Source: Hymenobacter sp. (GTDB lineage Bacteria; Bacteroidota; Bacteroidia; Cytophagales; Hymenobacteraceae). Taken from it: a stretch of DNA of 64,000 nucleotides. This document shows, piece after piece, positions 46,289 to 54,936 of the stretch (the stretch's first letter is position 1; the number at the start of each line of letters is the position of its first letter). Below the pieces are notes generated by a model that ran no database searches, was not told the DNA's origin, and saw only the letters and a list, made by a program, of their open reading frames with translations. The position numbers and the translations under genes are program-made. The stretch lies in contig JAQBNT010000286.1 of NCBI GenBank assembly GCA_028288445.1, positions 57 to 64,056 of the forward strand. The letters run 5' to 3'.

Positions 46289-48166
46289 ATGGCTGAGCCC
46301 ACGCTGCCTGTTTCGGTTGCTCCCCGGCACAGCCCCGACCTCGACGGGCTGCTGGCCGAGCTTGCCACCGTGCGCGCCGAAATGGTGGCATTTGCTAAGC
46401 AATGCGCTGAACACCTGAAGCCTGTTCACGCAAATTTTCAACTGGGGGCCCGCAACCTGTTGCACTACCTGGCCCTGCGCCAACGCGACCTGCGCCCCCT
46501 GCAATACCGCCTCGCCGAGCTCGGCCTCTCGTCCCTGGGCCGGGCCGAGGCCCACGTCCTGGCCAGCGTGGAAGCCGTACTGACTGTGCTGCACGCCCTG
46601 ACGCGACTCACCGCCACGGGGCCGGTTGAGCCGAATGAAACCGGCCCCACCTTCAGCAGCGGCCCGCGCCTGCTGGCCGAGCACAGCACCGCCTGCCTAG
46701 GGCCGACCCCGGCCGAGCGCGATGTGCGCATCATGGTGACCATGCCCAGCGAGGCCGCCACCGACTATGCTTTGGTAGAAGAACTGCTACGGCAGGGCAT
46801 GGACTGCCTGCGCATCAACTGCGCCCACGACGATGTGGCAGCCTGGCAGCAAATGATTCGGCACCTACGCCGCGCCGAGCAGGCCCTGGGCAAGTCCTGC
46901 AAGGTGAGCATGGACCTGGCCGGCCCCAAGTTGCGCACCCAGGGCCTGCCGCCCGGCCCGGCCGTGCTGCCGATTAGCCCGAAGTTTGATGCCTTTGGGC
47001 GCAAGCGGGCCCCGGCGCGGGTGTGGCTGAGCGCCGCTGAGCCGCCCACGGCGGCCCCGGCTCCGGCAGTGGCCCGGCTGGCCTTCCCCGCGGCCTGGCT
47101 GCCGGGCCTGCACGTCGGCGAGGCCATTGCGTTTGTGGATGCGCGGGGGCGGCGGCGCAAGCTGCGCATAAGCAGCTGTAGTCCCGAAGGCTGCTGGGCC
47201 GAGCTTCGCAAGACAGCTTATATCACGCCATTCACGCAGTTTCGGGGGCCGGGCGGAATGGCTACGATTCAGCACCTGCCCGCGCTGGAGCCGTTTATCC
47301 TGTTGCGGCCCGGCGATAGCCTGCTGGTGCGCCGCTGGCCGGCCGGCGGCGGGGCGCTGCCCGCCCCAGCGGCGGTGGATGGTGAAGCCGCGGCGGCCAT
47401 TGGCTGCGCGTGGTCCGGGGCATTCGACTACGTGCGGGCCGGCGAGCCCATCTGGTTCGATGACGGAAAGATTGGCGGAGTCATCGAGCAGGTCGGGCCC
47501 GAGGGCTTGCGGGTGCGCATCACCCAGGCCCGCCCGGAGGGCGAGAAGCTGCGCAACGACAAGAGCATCAACTTACCCGAAAGCCAGCTGCCCCTCGCGG
47601 CCCTGACGGAAAAGGACCGGCGGGACCTGGCCTTCGTGGCCCAACACGCCGACCTGGTGGCCCTCTCCTTCGTGAGCTCGGCGGCCGACGTGGAGCAGTT
47701 GCGGCAGGAAATCAGCCGCCTCACGGACCGGGAGCTGCCCATCATCCTCAAAATCGAAACGCGGCGAGGCTTCGAGCAGCTGCCGGCCCTGCTGCTCAGC
47801 GCCATGCAGGCCAGCAGCTGCGCGGTGATGATTGCCCGCGGCGACCTGGCCGTGGAATGCGGGTTTGAGCGCCTGGCCGAAGTGCAGGAGGAAATCCTGT
47901 GGCTGTGCGAAGCCGCCCACGTCCCGGTCATCTGGGCCACGCAGGTGCTGGAGAGCCTGGCCAGGGGTGGCATGCCCTCCCGCGCCGAAATCACCGACGC
48001 CGCCATGGGTGACCGCGCCGAGTGCGTGATGCTCAACAAGGGGCCACGGGTGGTAGAAGCCGTGCGGATTCTGAGCGGGATTCTGCGGCGTATGCAGGCC
48101 CACCAGCGCAAGAAAAGCGCCATGCTGCGCGGACTGCGCGTGGCCCAGGCGTGGCCGGGGGCCTAA
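46289..48166 (+). CDS. pyk: atypical pyruvate kinase (N-terminal extension, long B domain, no C-terminal regulatory domain)
   Basis: LRINCAH, DLAGPKLRT, LKIET, MIARGDLAVE, WATQVLES, PSRAEITD, ECVMLNKG; start taken at ATG 46289. Confidence 0.9.
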   Translation: MAEPTLPVSVAPRHSPDLDGLLAELATVRAEMVAFAKQCAEHLKPVHANFQLGARNLLHYLALRQRDLRPLQYRLAELGLSSLGRAEAHVLASVEAVLTVLHALTRLTATGPVEPNETGPTFSSGPRLLAEHSTACLGPTPAERDVRIMVTMPSEAATDYALVEELLRQGMDCLRINCAHDDVAAWQQMIRHLRRAEQALGKSCKVSMDLAGPKLRTQGLPPGPAVLPISPKFDAFGRKRAPARVWLSAAEPPTAAPAPAVARLAFPAAWLPGLHVGEAIAFVDARGRRRKLRISSCSPEGCWAELRKTAYITPFTQFRGPGGMATIQHLPALEPFILLRPGDSLLVRRWPAGGGALPAPAAVDGEAAAAIGCAWSGAFDYVRAGEPIWFDDGKIGGVIEQVGPEGLRVRITQARPEGEKLRNDKSINLPESQLPLAALTEKDRRDLAFVAQHADLVALSFVSSAADVEQLRQEISRLTDRELPIILKIETRRGFEQLPALLLSAMQASSCAVMIARGDLAVECGFERLAEVQEEILWLCEAAHVPVIWATQVLESLARGGMPSRAEITDAAMGDRAECVMLNKGPRVVEAVRILSGILRRMQAHQRKKSAMLRGLRVAQAWPGA

Positions 48167-48184
48167 GCCAGCCCACGGCGGCAG

Positions 48185-49495
48185 CTATTTACCGGGCTGC
48201 CATTCCAGCACATACACCGGCTGGGGGGGCAGGTTTTCGAGGGTTTCGCCGTCGCCCTGGCCGGTGCGCTGCACGAAGAGGCTGAGGATGCCTTCGGTTT
48301 TCCAGCGCTCGGTGTCGTAGCTGGGTTCCCAGTTGCCTACGGAGGTGGTGGTAAGGTCGAGGGCGGCCCAGTGGTTGGTAGCCAAGTCAGGGCATTGCAG
48401 CACCGAGGCGCGGTCCTGGCGCTCGGCGTCGCGGTAGAGCAGGTAGGCGGCGGTGCGGCCTTTCCGGGTCGAAACCAATAGCTGCGGGCGCGAAATCGGA
48501 ATCTTCTTCGTGCCCACGCCGCTCAGGCTGAAAGGCGTGGTGCGCTGGCTAATCTGAGCGGTTTTCCAGGTTTTACCATCCAGATAAATAAGCTGGTATT
48601 GCGGCACCTGGGTGCCGGCCGGCCGCCAGTAAGTAGCGATGTAGGGCTGGCCCTGAGCGTCGGCGGTGATGGAGGTTTGGTTAATCAGCTCGCTGTTCTG
48701 GGGGATGCGGGCGGCGTACTCGGCGGTTTTTGCGGTGATGGGCAGGGCGTATTTCTCGCCGGTGCTGCGCTGCCAGGTCAGGCCGCCGTCCTTCGAGCAG
48801 GCGTAGGCCATGTCGTGGTTGGAGGCCACGTTGGGCGACTCGCGCCACACCCATGAGACGTGGATGGCACCCCGCGCATCGATGCAGGCCTGCCAGTAGG
48901 CATTGCGCTGGCCCTCACCGTCGATGAGTACGCTGTGCAGGCGGGTCCACTGCTGGGTTTTGGGGCGGTAGCGGTTCAGCACGAGATTGCCGTTGCCGGA
49001 GCCGCCGTCGCGGTACATGAAGAGCACATCGCCGCCGGGGAAACGGTGAAATTCGGGGTACGACACCTTCTGCTCCTGCTGGCCGGTCATGGGCTGGAGC
49101 GGACCCATTTTCAGGGAGCCGGGCACTTTGCCGCGGCAATAGTGCAGGGGGTTGTTGTGGTGGTCGAAGGACAGGTGCACGTAGCCCGCGCCGTCCACCA
49201 TCAGGCTGATGACGTTGTGAGCATCCTTCACATTGCCTTGGTATTGGGTGCGTTGCACCTGCCACGGCCCGCCCGGCAGCCGCCGCTTGGCCAGCACCAC
49301 GTAGGCCGCCGAATCGTACCAGGCCACGTACTGGTCGCGGCCCTGCGTCACGACGGAGTTTTTGCGGAACACCGCGCCGTTCACGTTATTCTTTGCCCAG
49401 CCCAGGCCCACCGGCGCTTGGGCGCGGCTGGTTGCAGGCGGCAAGACAATGCCCAGCCACAGCAGCAAGCAAGCGAAAAAGCGAGTCGAAAGCAT
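48185..49495 (-). CDS. BNR-4 seven-bladed propeller, GH145/PL42 family (Rha-alpha1,4-GlcA cleaving)
   Basis: GNVKDAHN.IS..VDG.GY.H.SFDHH, RNAYWQ, WVWRE, NHD, IPQNSELINQTS, WEPS.D, QGDGE resemble BT3686 as recalled. Confidence 0.85.
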   Translation of the reverse strand: MLSTRFFACLLLWLGIVLPPATSRAQAPVGLGWAKNNVNGAVFRKNSVVTQGRDQYVAWYDSAAYVVLAKRRLPGGPWQVQRTQYQGNVKDAHNVISLMVDGAGYVHLSFDHHNNPLHYCRGKVPGSLKMGPLQPMTGQQEQKVSYPEFHRFPGGDVLFMYRDGGSGNGNLVLNRYRPKTQQWTRLHSVLIDGEGQRNAYWQACIDARGAIHVSWVWRESPNVASNHDMAYACSKDGGLTWQRSTGEKYALPITAKTAEYAARIPQNSELINQTSITADAQGQPYIATYWRPAGTQVPQYQLIYLDGKTWKTAQISQRTTPFSLSGVGTKKIPISRPQLLVSTRKGRTAAYLLYRDAERQDRASVLQCPDLATNHWAALDLTTTSVGNWEPSYDTERWKTEGILSLFVQRTGQGDGETLENLPPQPVYVLEWQPGK

Positions 49496-49504
49496 AAATA
49501 ACTT

Positions 49505-50158
49505 TTAGAGCGATGCCGTGCCGCGAATCATGATGCGCGGCGGGCCGGAAGCAGGAACAGCACTCGGCGGAACTATTCGGCGAGCCGTTTGAATATCAAT
49601 CAGCGTGAGGGGATTATCGGCAGTGGCAGGCGTCACTTTCACGTCGCCAATGGATTGGCTGGCAATGCGTAGGCTCGTATCGGTCGTCGGCATGCCATTC
49701 ACCGAATACCTCACCGGGCCCGTCAGCTTGAGCCGTTTGCCAACGTCAGCGAGCGTCTGGCTTTTCACCTTGCCGGCCCGCTTGCTTTTCAGGGAAACAT
49801 CGATAATGCCGTGCGCTGCCAAGGCACGCCATTGTAGCGGCGCCGTGCCGCCCTTGTACACCATCAGCGACCCGATTTCCTGCGCAGAAACCCCTAAAAA
49901 GCTCTCATCAATGATAATCGACGAGTTCAACAGAATTAGGGGCGCAGGTATCGCCTGCGGCCGCACCGGCCGGACAGTTGGTGCAAAGACCTGAGCAACG
50001 GGCTGTTGGTTGGGTAAAGCCGATTGCATTGGCCCCGACGGCTGCACCGCCGGCATACGGGGAGTAACGGGTTCAACAGCGGCCCGCTGGGCCAGACTGG
50101 CCTGGGCAGTAAACAGGCCAGCAACAACAAACAGCGAATAAAATCGGGAGTAGCGCAT
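49505..50158 (-). CDS. secreted hypothetical protein
   Basis: Signal peptide from ATG 50158, Pro-rich linker, less GC3 bias than neighbours. Confidence 0.65.
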   Translation of the reverse strand: MRYSRFYSLFVVAGLFTAQASLAQRAAVEPVTPRMPAVQPSGPMQSALPNQQPVAQVFAPTVRPVRPQAIPAPLILLNSSIIIDESFLGVSAQEIGSLMVYKGGTAPLQWRALAAHGIIDVSLKSKRAGKVKSQTLADVGKRLKLTGPVRYSVNGMPTTDTSLRIASQSIGDVKVTPATADNPLTLIDIQTARRIVPPSAVPASGPPRIMIRGTASL

Positions 50159-50226
50159 GAGTTGGAGGAGGTAGGAATAACAGGAATTTATTGGCCACAC
50201 AAGGAACGCATTTCTAGGTGGCCTAA

Positions 50227-52398
50227 TCATTTGCCCTTGCTCACCTGCTTCACTTTCACTGGCTGAATCCCGGCGTGCGTGGGTGTCACGGGCCGGATGC
50301 TGCCGTCGGCATTGAATTCCATCTTATCGATGCAGACCTCGCGGTGGTAGCCAGCGGCGCGGCCCATCCCGAGGCCCTCGGGGTAGGTGAAGCGGTGGTA
50401 GACGAGGTACCACTCGTCGCGGCCCGGCACCTGTATGGTGGAATTGTGGCCCGTGCCGTAGAGGCCGGCCGCCGCGTCTTTACTGATAACCAGATTATTG
50501 GCCGGCACCGTGATTTTGCCCAGCGGACTGGTGGCCGTGCCGTAGCGCACGCGGTAGTCGGGGTCACGGGTGTCGTTTTCGCTCCACATGAAATAGTAGG
50601 TGCCGTTGCGGTAGAGGACGTGGGTGCCCTCACGGAAGGTGGCATCGGGCGTCAGCAGCTGCGTGGTACCGGGTTTCAGCGAGGTGAGGTCGTCGTTCAG
50701 CTCCGCGCCGGCCAGGTAGCCGTTGCCCCAGTAGAGGTAGTTTTTGCCGGTTTTGGGGTCGTGGAATACGGCCGGGTCAATCTGCTGGCCGCCCTTTGCG
50801 CCCTCGGGGCGCGTGTCAATGAGGGGCTTGCCCGAGTCCACAAACGGGCCGGTGGGGCTGTCGGCCAAAGCCACGCCAATCTTGCCCTCCGCGCAGAAAT
50901 AATAGGCGTACCGGTAGCCAGCGGGCGTTTTCTGCTCGATGATGCAGGGGGCCCAGGCGTTTTTCTTGGCCCAACTCACGTCCTTTCCCAAATCCAGTAT
51001 CACGCCCTCGTCCTTCCAACCCACCAAATCCGGCGACGAAAACGTCTTAAAGTAGGTGCCCGACCAGCCCGTAAAGCCGTCGCTCGTGGGGTAGAGGTAG
51101 AATTTGCCGGTTTTCTCGGCGTAGAGAATGGCGGGGTCGGCGTAGTAGCCGGTCAGGGCCGGGTTGTGCGTTTCGGTGATGCTCAGCGCGACGGGCTGTT
51201 TTTGATTGCCACCGCTGACGGTGTAGCGCGCGGGGCCTTTAGTGAAGTCCTGCGAGCCGGCGGGCTGCACCTTCACCCCCACGAAAGTGCTGAACTGCGG
51301 GTCGAAGGCTTTCAGGTTGGTGCCCGGCTTGGCCAGGAAAGCCAGCCTGCCGGCGGCTGAGTCGGCCACGGTATTTTGCGGGCGCAGGGCGGGATTGCGG
51401 GCCGAGCGCAGCACCGCCGTGGGAGTCAGCCAGTGGGCGGCCAGGCGCGCGCCCTCCTGCGCTGTGATGGGCAGCACGGTGCCGTGGCGCGGGTGGAAAT
51501 CCATGCTCACCTCGCCATCAACTACTTTGAAATTTCGGAGGTCGGAGGTGCGGGTGAACTGGTAGCGGCCCTTGGTGTACACGTCGTACATCAGGATGTA
51601 ATCGTTGGAATTATTGAGCTTGAAGGTACCCGCGCCTTCCACCGGGTCAGTGGTTTGCTGCACGTACTCGTCGCGCAGCACGTAGCCCCCGGTCAGCTTA
51701 TCCGACACGGCGATTTTGATGCCGTTGCCCTGGCCTTCGGTCTTGAAAAACAGGTAAAACTTCCCGTCTTTCGCCACGATGTCGCCATCGATGCACGAGC
51801 CGTTGGTGGGGCTCACGAACAGCTGCTTCGGCTCGCCTTCCAGGTCGGTGAAGTCCTTGTTGGCGTAGGCGTAGTATATTTTATCGGGGTCGGAGCCGTG
51901 CTTCAGCGAGAAGTAAATCAGGTATTTGCCGGCCTGAGCATCGTAGATGGTTTGCGGGGCCCACACCCGTTTCAGGTCGTCCTGGCCGGGGTAGCGCTTC
52001 TGGAAATTGATGGCGCTGGACTTCCAATTAATCAGGTCAGTGGACTTCATGAGCACCATGCCCCGGTTCGAGTCCCAGCCTTTGGCCGATACCATATCGG
52101 TGGCCACCAGGTAGAAGGTTTTGCCATCGGCCCCGCGCAGGATGTGCGGGTCGCGCACGCCGCCCGTTTCGCTGATGGCGGCCGAGGCGATGACCGGCCG
52201 GTTGCCGTTGAGGGCCGTGTAGTGGTAGCCGTCGGGGCTGAGGGCTAAGCGGATGGCTTCCTCTTTTATGTCGTTACCCGTGAAGTAGACGAACATGTAG
52301 GCGCTGGTTTTTTCCTTCGCAGGCGGACCGGTTTTGGTGGCCGCCGCGGGCTGGATGAATCCAAGCACGAGCAACAGGAGCTGAAAGCAGTGTTTCAT
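50227..52398 (-). CDS. tandem GH43 glycoside hydrolase (probable arabinofuranosidase)
   Basis: Domain 1: YFTG, GGVRDPHI, WAPQ, CIDGDI, EG; domain 2: YYADP, WAP, IDP, FREG, GTGHNS; start at ATG 52398. Confidence 0.9.
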   Translation of the reverse strand: MKHCFQLLLLVLGFIQPAAATKTGPPAKEKTSAYMFVYFTGNDIKEEAIRLALSPDGYHYTALNGNRPVIASAAISETGGVRDPHILRGADGKTFYLVATDMVSAKGWDSNRGMVLMKSTDLINWKSSAINFQKRYPGQDDLKRVWAPQTIYDAQAGKYLIYFSLKHGSDPDKIYYAYANKDFTDLEGEPKQLFVSPTNGSCIDGDIVAKDGKFYLFFKTEGQGNGIKIAVSDKLTGGYVLRDEYVQQTTDPVEGAGTFKLNNSNDYILMYDVYTKGRYQFTRTSDLRNFKVVDGEVSMDFHPRHGTVLPITAQEGARLAAHWLTPTAVLRSARNPALRPQNTVADSAAGRLAFLAKPGTNLKAFDPQFSTFVGVKVQPAGSQDFTKGPARYTVSGGNQKQPVALSITETHNPALTGYYADPAILYAEKTGKFYLYPTSDGFTGWSGTYFKTFSSPDLVGWKDEGVILDLGKDVSWAKKNAWAPCIIEQKTPAGYRYAYYFCAEGKIGVALADSPTGPFVDSGKPLIDTRPEGAKGGQQIDPAVFHDPKTGKNYLYWGNGYLAGAELNDDLTSLKPGTTQLLTPDATFREGTHVLYRNGTYYFMWSENDTRDPDYRVRYGTATSPLGKITVPANNLVISKDAAAGLYGTGHNSTIQVPGRDEWYLVYHRFTYPEGLGMGRAAGYHREVCIDKMEFNADGSIRPVTPTHAGIQPVKVKQVSKGK

Positions 52399-52458
52399 AG
52401 AGACGATAAAGTAGCCGGAGCCACTTGAGAATGAAGCTGGGTATCTGTTCAAAACGCC

Positions 52459-52559
52459 TGTCATCCTGAGCTTGCGAAGGACCTTATCACTTTCACTCAA
52501 TTTGGAATCAGGCCCAAATAAGCAGTCATGATAAGGTCCTTCGCAAGCTCAGGATGACA
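52459..52559. repeat. REP/MITE-like palindromic element (GTCATCCTGAGC variant)
   Basis: Perfect 31-bp inverted repeat TGTCATCCTGAGCTTGCGAAGGACCTTATCA / TGATAAGGTCCTTCGCAAGCTCAGGATGACA. Confidence 0.92.
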
Positions 52560-52571
52560 AACAATCAGGGC

Positions 52572-52740
52572 AAAAAACACGAACGCACGGCCCGACCGGT
52601 GGCCGGCAAGGGTCCCACCTCCCACCGGCCAACGGCTCCGTTTGCAGCGGGGCCGCGCTCTCACTGTTGGGCCAGCTGATTTCTCACTGCGCAGCTGGCC
52701 GGGTTGGTGCTGGTCGGGGCCGTACGTTCGTTAGGTTTTT
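52572..52740 (-). other. multibranched structured intergenic element
   Basis: About 19-bp basal stem (52579-52597 with 52712-52731) enclosing three hairpins; U-run at the minus-strand 3' end. Confidence 0.6.
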
Positions 52741-52746
52741 CGCGAG

Positions 52747-54789
52747 TTAGTCATACTTGATGGTCTTGCTGCTGCCGTCGCTGAAAATCACCACGACGCT
52801 GCCGTTCTGGGTCGTTGGCAGTAATTTTTTCACGGGCATGAGCTCGGCATCGGTCCAGGTTTCACCGGATTTTTTCCAGAGCATGAGCGTGGCGTAGAGC
52901 GTGGGTTGGGCGGGCGCGAACTGGGCCGAGACGTTGATAACGGCGCTTTCGGGCTTCACGGGGTTAAGGCCGGTGGTGGTCAGGGTTTCGGTTTTGGTCC
53001 AGCCGCTGAGGGGAATGAGAGCCAACTGGTAGGTGCCGTTGTCGATAAGCTGGGCCTCGTAGCCGCCCACGCGGCGGGTGCTGCGCCGGATGGTGCCCGT
53101 GAGGTTGGGCAATGAATAATGGCCCAGGCGGGCCGCCACCGCTTCGGTGCTCAGGTTCTGGTCGATGCGCAGGATGCCGTTGGGCAGGGTGATGTCGGCC
53201 AGGTGGAGCTTGATGTTGTGGTTGGTTTCCAGCTCGGCATCGCGGTAGTAGACGCCGTTTTCGAACTTTTTGAAGGTGTAGAGGCGCAGCGGCTCCCACT
53301 TGTTTGCCTGGTTTTTGAACACGTAGTCCATGGCCACTTCGCCGTTGGGACCATCGGCCTGCCAGGGGAAGGCGCTGTTGTAGCTCAGGCGGTTGTAGTT
53401 TTCGTTGCCCCGGTTGCCGTCGCTGGCGGGTTGGGCCGAGGGCACGCGGATTTCGGCCGCGCCGGTGTTGGGGTAGTCGGTCACGAGGATATTGGGGCCG
53501 GCCTCGAACTTGTTAAACACGGTGCCCGGCTTCAGCTCCTTGCTCCAGGGCCCCTCGTTCTCGGTGGCGGTCCAGAAGGGCGAGTCGGCCGGCACGAGCA
53601 GGCCCAGAAAGGCCTTGGCCATCCAGAACACGCTGCCCCGGCAGCTGTAGGACTGCACGGCGGGGTCAAAAGAGCCATAGAAGCCCAGCGTGGGAATGTT
53701 GTCCTGCAAGAAGTCCGGGGTTTCCAGGAACTGCAGCAGCGAGCCCGAGGCAATACGCCGCATCCAGCCGAAGTTGGTGCCGGCCTCGGGGTGCAGGCCC
53801 ATCAGCGGGAAGGGCACCACCGCCGCAAAGCGGTAGGTGATGCTGCGACCCCACATTATCATGCTGCCGTCGCGCCCGAACTGGTAGGGGTAATTGTCCT
53901 TCAGCGGGGCAAAATTGGCGGTGAGCTGGGCGGCAATTTCGGGGTAGTGCGCTCGGCCGTAGTATTCGCTCCACAGCCGGCCGTACATCTGGAAGGCCCA
54001 CATGCTGTAGTAGTCGAAGGTGGGCGCGTCGTGATACCAGCCTTCGCAGCGGTAGTGCGTGAGCTGCTTTTGCAGGTACTCCTCCATCAACTTTTCATTG
54101 ACGGCATAGCCCCGGCTTTTGTAAAAACTCAGGATGAAGATGTTGAAGTAGCGCCAGTTCTGAGGCACGGTGGGGCCGTCGCCGTAGCTGAGCATGGTGG
54201 CGGCCAGGGCATCTTTGGTGGCCTGGGGCAGCGGGTCCCACAGAATCTCGGGAGCCGCGAACAATGCCACGCTCAGTCCGCCGAACTCCACCAGGTTCTG
54301 GCTGGGGCCGCCGTCTTTGGCGCGGGGCTGAATGAACGACGGGCTGGCCGGGTTCACCAGCTGGGCCAGCTGGTGGCGGTAGTAGTCGGCCACTTTCACG
54401 CCGTTCAGCGTCAGGGCGGGGTCTTCTTTCAGCAGCGGCGCGGCCATGAACAGCGTGCGGCACAGGCCTTCCAGCTTCTCGGTGGGCACCTGGACGGCGG
54501 TGCGCGGGTAGCTTTTGCCGGGCTGCTTCGGGAATTGCATCGGGTCGTCCAGCGTGTGCACGTAGCTGAACGCGCCGCTGAGCAGGTAGCGGGCGGCGTC
54601 CTGCCAGTGCCGGCGCGTCATGCCGGTGAAGGGGCTGAGCTTCTTGTCGGGCTGCTTCACCTGGAACAGTGGCAGCTTGGTAGCGGGCGGCGTGACGGCG
54701 GTGGTGAAGGCGGGCGGCGTGGTCTGGCCGTGGGCCGGAGCGACGGCCAGCGCGACGAGGGTTCCGAGGAGTAAGCCGGTTGTTTTCAT
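52747..54789 (-). CDS. DUF2264 domain protein, probable GH154 beta-glucuronidase
   Basis: EKLEGLCRT, QNLVE, NWRYFN, Y.CEGWYHD...FDYYS.WAFQ.Y, WGRSITYRFA, SYSC.GS.FW..KAF; signal peptide from ATG 54789. Confidence 0.82.
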   Translation of the reverse strand: MKTTGLLLGTLVALAVAPAHGQTTPPAFTTAVTPPATKLPLFQVKQPDKKLSPFTGMTRRHWQDAARYLLSGAFSYVHTLDDPMQFPKQPGKSYPRTAVQVPTEKLEGLCRTLFMAAPLLKEDPALTLNGVKVADYYRHQLAQLVNPASPSFIQPRAKDGGPSQNLVEFGGLSVALFAAPEILWDPLPQATKDALAATMLSYGDGPTVPQNWRYFNIFILSFYKSRGYAVNEKLMEEYLQKQLTHYRCEGWYHDAPTFDYYSMWAFQMYGRLWSEYYGRAHYPEIAAQLTANFAPLKDNYPYQFGRDGSMIMWGRSITYRFAAVVPFPLMGLHPEAGTNFGWMRRIASGSLLQFLETPDFLQDNIPTLGFYGSFDPAVQSYSCRGSVFWMAKAFLGLLVPADSPFWTATENEGPWSKELKPGTVFNKFEAGPNILVTDYPNTGAAEIRVPSAQPASDGNRGNENYNRLSYNSAFPWQADGPNGEVAMDYVFKNQANKWEPLRLYTFKKFENGVYYRDAELETNHNIKLHLADITLPNGILRIDQNLSTEAVAARLGHYSLPNLTGTIRRSTRRVGGYEAQLIDNGTYQLALIPLSGWTKTETLTTTGLNPVKPESAVINVSAQFAPAQPTLYATLMLWKKSGETWTDAELMPVKKLLPTTQNGSVVVIFSDGSSKTIKYD

Positions 54790-54809
54790 TGGTGCAAGGT
54801 CCCGCAAAA

Positions 54810-54906
54810 ACGTCATGCAGAGCGTAGCGAAGCATCTTGCCCGCAGTAAGTAACTCATTCGATTGGTTTACTGGTGGCGGGCAAGATGCTGCGCTCTGCA
54901 AGACGT
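54810..54906. repeat. degenerate REP/MITE-like element
   Basis: Left arm ACGTCATGCAGAGCGTAGCGAAGCATCTTGCCCGC; right arm GCGGGCAAGATGCTGCGCTCTGCAAGACGT has a 5-bp deletion. Confidence 0.82.
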
Positions 54907-54936
54907 TCCTTATTCTGGACGCTCTACTACTTAGGC

